64,000 bases of DNA, from NCBI GenBank assembly GCA_965113315.1, contig OZ220373.1, one strand, 5' to 3'. The position numbers were made by a program, and so were the translations under genes. Below the pieces are notes generated by a model. The model was not told where the DNA came from and did no database searches. It worked only from the letters and a program-made list of their open reading frames with translations. The stretch's first letter is position 1; each line of letters begins with the position of its first letter. This DNA comes from Podarcis vaucheri (lineage: Eukaryota). Below, one piece after another: positions 62,078-64,000 of this stretch.

Positions 62078-62559
62078 CAGGGGTGGGGAGCCTTTGGCCC
62101 ACCAGGGGTTCCATTTTTGCTTGTGAGCCCCTTTTGCCCAAACCATGCCCACCCATGCAATATCAGGTGTGGGATGGGTATTGGCATGGCTTCAGTGCTT
62201 AAAGTGAGCTGCTAATTGTTCCTTGACTGGAGCAAGGAACACCTCCACCATCAATCAGCCGATGGGCAGTGAGGGTGTTCCTTCTTCCAGGAGAGGGAAG
62301 TGATTTCCATTTTGCAAACAACCCCGCACCTCTTGTTTTCAAAGAACAGCATGGGGCAGTTTGCAAAAGGACTTTCAAACAGCCCTCTGCTGCAATTTAA
62401 AGTCTCAACAATTGGGACTTCAAAGCACACTGTCACCTGATGCCATAGTGTTATCCAGTGATTGACAGGTAGGAGGAGCTGCTCACCTTACTAGTTTGGC
62501 CTGCCAGGGGTTGGGGAGTTAAAGGCCTGGTCCATTGGCAGAAAAGGTTCCCCACCCCA
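62078..62559. mobile_element. hAT (Charlie-like) non-autonomous element, old
   Basis: caggggtggggagcct...aggttccccacccc termini. Confidence 0.65.
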
Positions 62560-63550
62560 AGGTAGCTTCATGATGAAACTAAGGAAGAATATGTTGCAGA
62601 GGATTTTTTTTAAGCCTGTGGTTTTAAAATGGTGGCAGTATAATCAGAATAGCTATTGTTAGTCACCATTCTAACTTTTGGCATGGGGAAACCTTATTTT
62701 TTGCATTTTAACTGCTTACAAATTCTGCACAAATGTTATAATCTTCTAAACTAGTAACAAAGAAACTTGTTCTTTCCAAATATATTTTTGAACTTCTTTA
62801 TCTTGGTACCTGTTATATTAAAACAAATCTAACTTAGTATTTTTCTGATTGCCTATGTTAGCTCTTATGTAACACAGTGTCTGTGTAGGTGTTTATTCAT
62901 ATCTTGAATCAACTAAAATGACTTTATACTCAGTTTCCTGGGCAATGAAATAGAGAACGACCAGATCCAAAGTCCTGGACGGCTCATGGCAGGTAGACAA
63001 AAATGGAGGAGGTGGTTCCGCTTCCTAATGGTCCTTCCCATCCCTAAATCCAAAGCCTCCCCTTATACTAGCTTCTTCAGATACGAGCCTCTTAAAAAGC
63101 CACTTGGTGTCCTCTACCAGATGCTTCTCTGTCAAAATTTCTGGAATATGCGTCATCTCTTTCCTGCTGTAAGAATTTAGGGACAATTTAACAAATAGCT
63201 CCCATTTTTCTGACTGTTTAGAATTATACCACATACTGTTTCAAAACCAGACTGCATGGGAATGGGAAGAACATGGTAGTAAAATCTCTCTGTTAAGAAA
63301 ATAACCTATTGGTCTCTTGCTGTCTGTCGTGTTTGATGCTCAAATTAACAGATGGTTCAAGCAAATTTGGTAAGGTTCTCACTATAAAAACAAGAAATTA
63401 TCATAGTGTTAATTTCACATCATGCTTAGCAAACCTTGGCTACCACTAAGCCCATGGTTTGATTCAGTGTGTCATCTAAACCCAGGGTCATGATTTAATT
63501 GTCCAGACTAACCATGAACTGTTGTTTTCATTAATCTGGAAGTGGTAAGC

Positions 63551-63950
63551 CATTAGTTGTCAACCGGTGCACTGTGGCACCCTGGGAAGACTTGAGGAAC
63601 TTTCGTTCATGAGAGCCCTGGGGGGGGCATCCTTTCATTAACTTGCAGCCCATACCTTCTTGCATTATCTCTCTTCTTTCTCTCCGAGGAACATTCAGGG
63701 GAGCTGGCAGCTTTAACGTGCAGCCCATTATCGTCCTGTATACCTCTCTCTCTACCCCAGCGACCATCCTTCTTTGAGCCCATCCGGTGGAATGGGACCA
63801 GGGCAGAACAGGTCAGGGGTGGAGCGAAGGAATCCCCACTTAAAGGTGTCATGTAATGGAACCCCATTGTAAGTGGCTCCCACAGGGGAGCCGCAGAAAC
63901 AATGTGTTTGGTCAAGGGAGCTGTGGACTCAAAAAGGTTGAAAACCACTG
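63551..63950. mobile_element. hAT (Charlie-like) non-autonomous element
   Basis: cattagttgtcaacc...aaaaaggttgaaaaccactg termini; partial TSD (taagc). Confidence 0.6.
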
Positions 63951-64000
63951 CTCTAAGCCAAACATTGGATTAGCTCAGCACAACTGCAAAAAGGATCAGG

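Noticed and set aside
1-64000. Intronic snoRNA or miRNA genes
   Set aside because: No convincing C/D or H/ACA structure seen by eye, and the hairpins found are explained by MITEs and the DIRS. An Infernal/Rfam scan would be needed to exclude them.

Overview
AT-rich, CpG-depleted vertebrate genomic DNA, almost certainly from a squamate reptile (it carries a Sauria SINE, a BovB LINE and lizard-type MITEs; an agamid such as Pogona is a guess only). The whole window lies inside one + strand gene, AP3B1 (AP-3 adaptor complex beta-3A subunit). Twenty GT-AG coding exons, equivalent to human exons 3-22, splice into an uninterrupted 2397-nt (799-codon) frame. It covers the adaptin trunk, the acidic Ser-rich hinge and the LLDLD clathrin box; both ends of the gene are outside the window. 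Introns are dense in transposons: a 3.9-kb internally deleted DIRS1-type tyrosine-recombinase retrotransposon with intact ITR/ICR ends, a solo LTR, BovB, CR1 and L2 fragments, a Sauria SINE, many Tc1/mariner-pogo and hAT MITEs, two probable Helitron ends and a decayed Academ-like transposase fossil. The most interesting observations are a candidate frame-preserving 12-nt microexon at the trunk/hinge junction, the RT-less DIRS with a Gag-RNaseH-methyltransferase fusion and a fold-back inversion, and the Academ-like fossil. Six N-gaps hide about 1.75 kb. Exon numbering and family names come from recalled knowledge, not from database searches.
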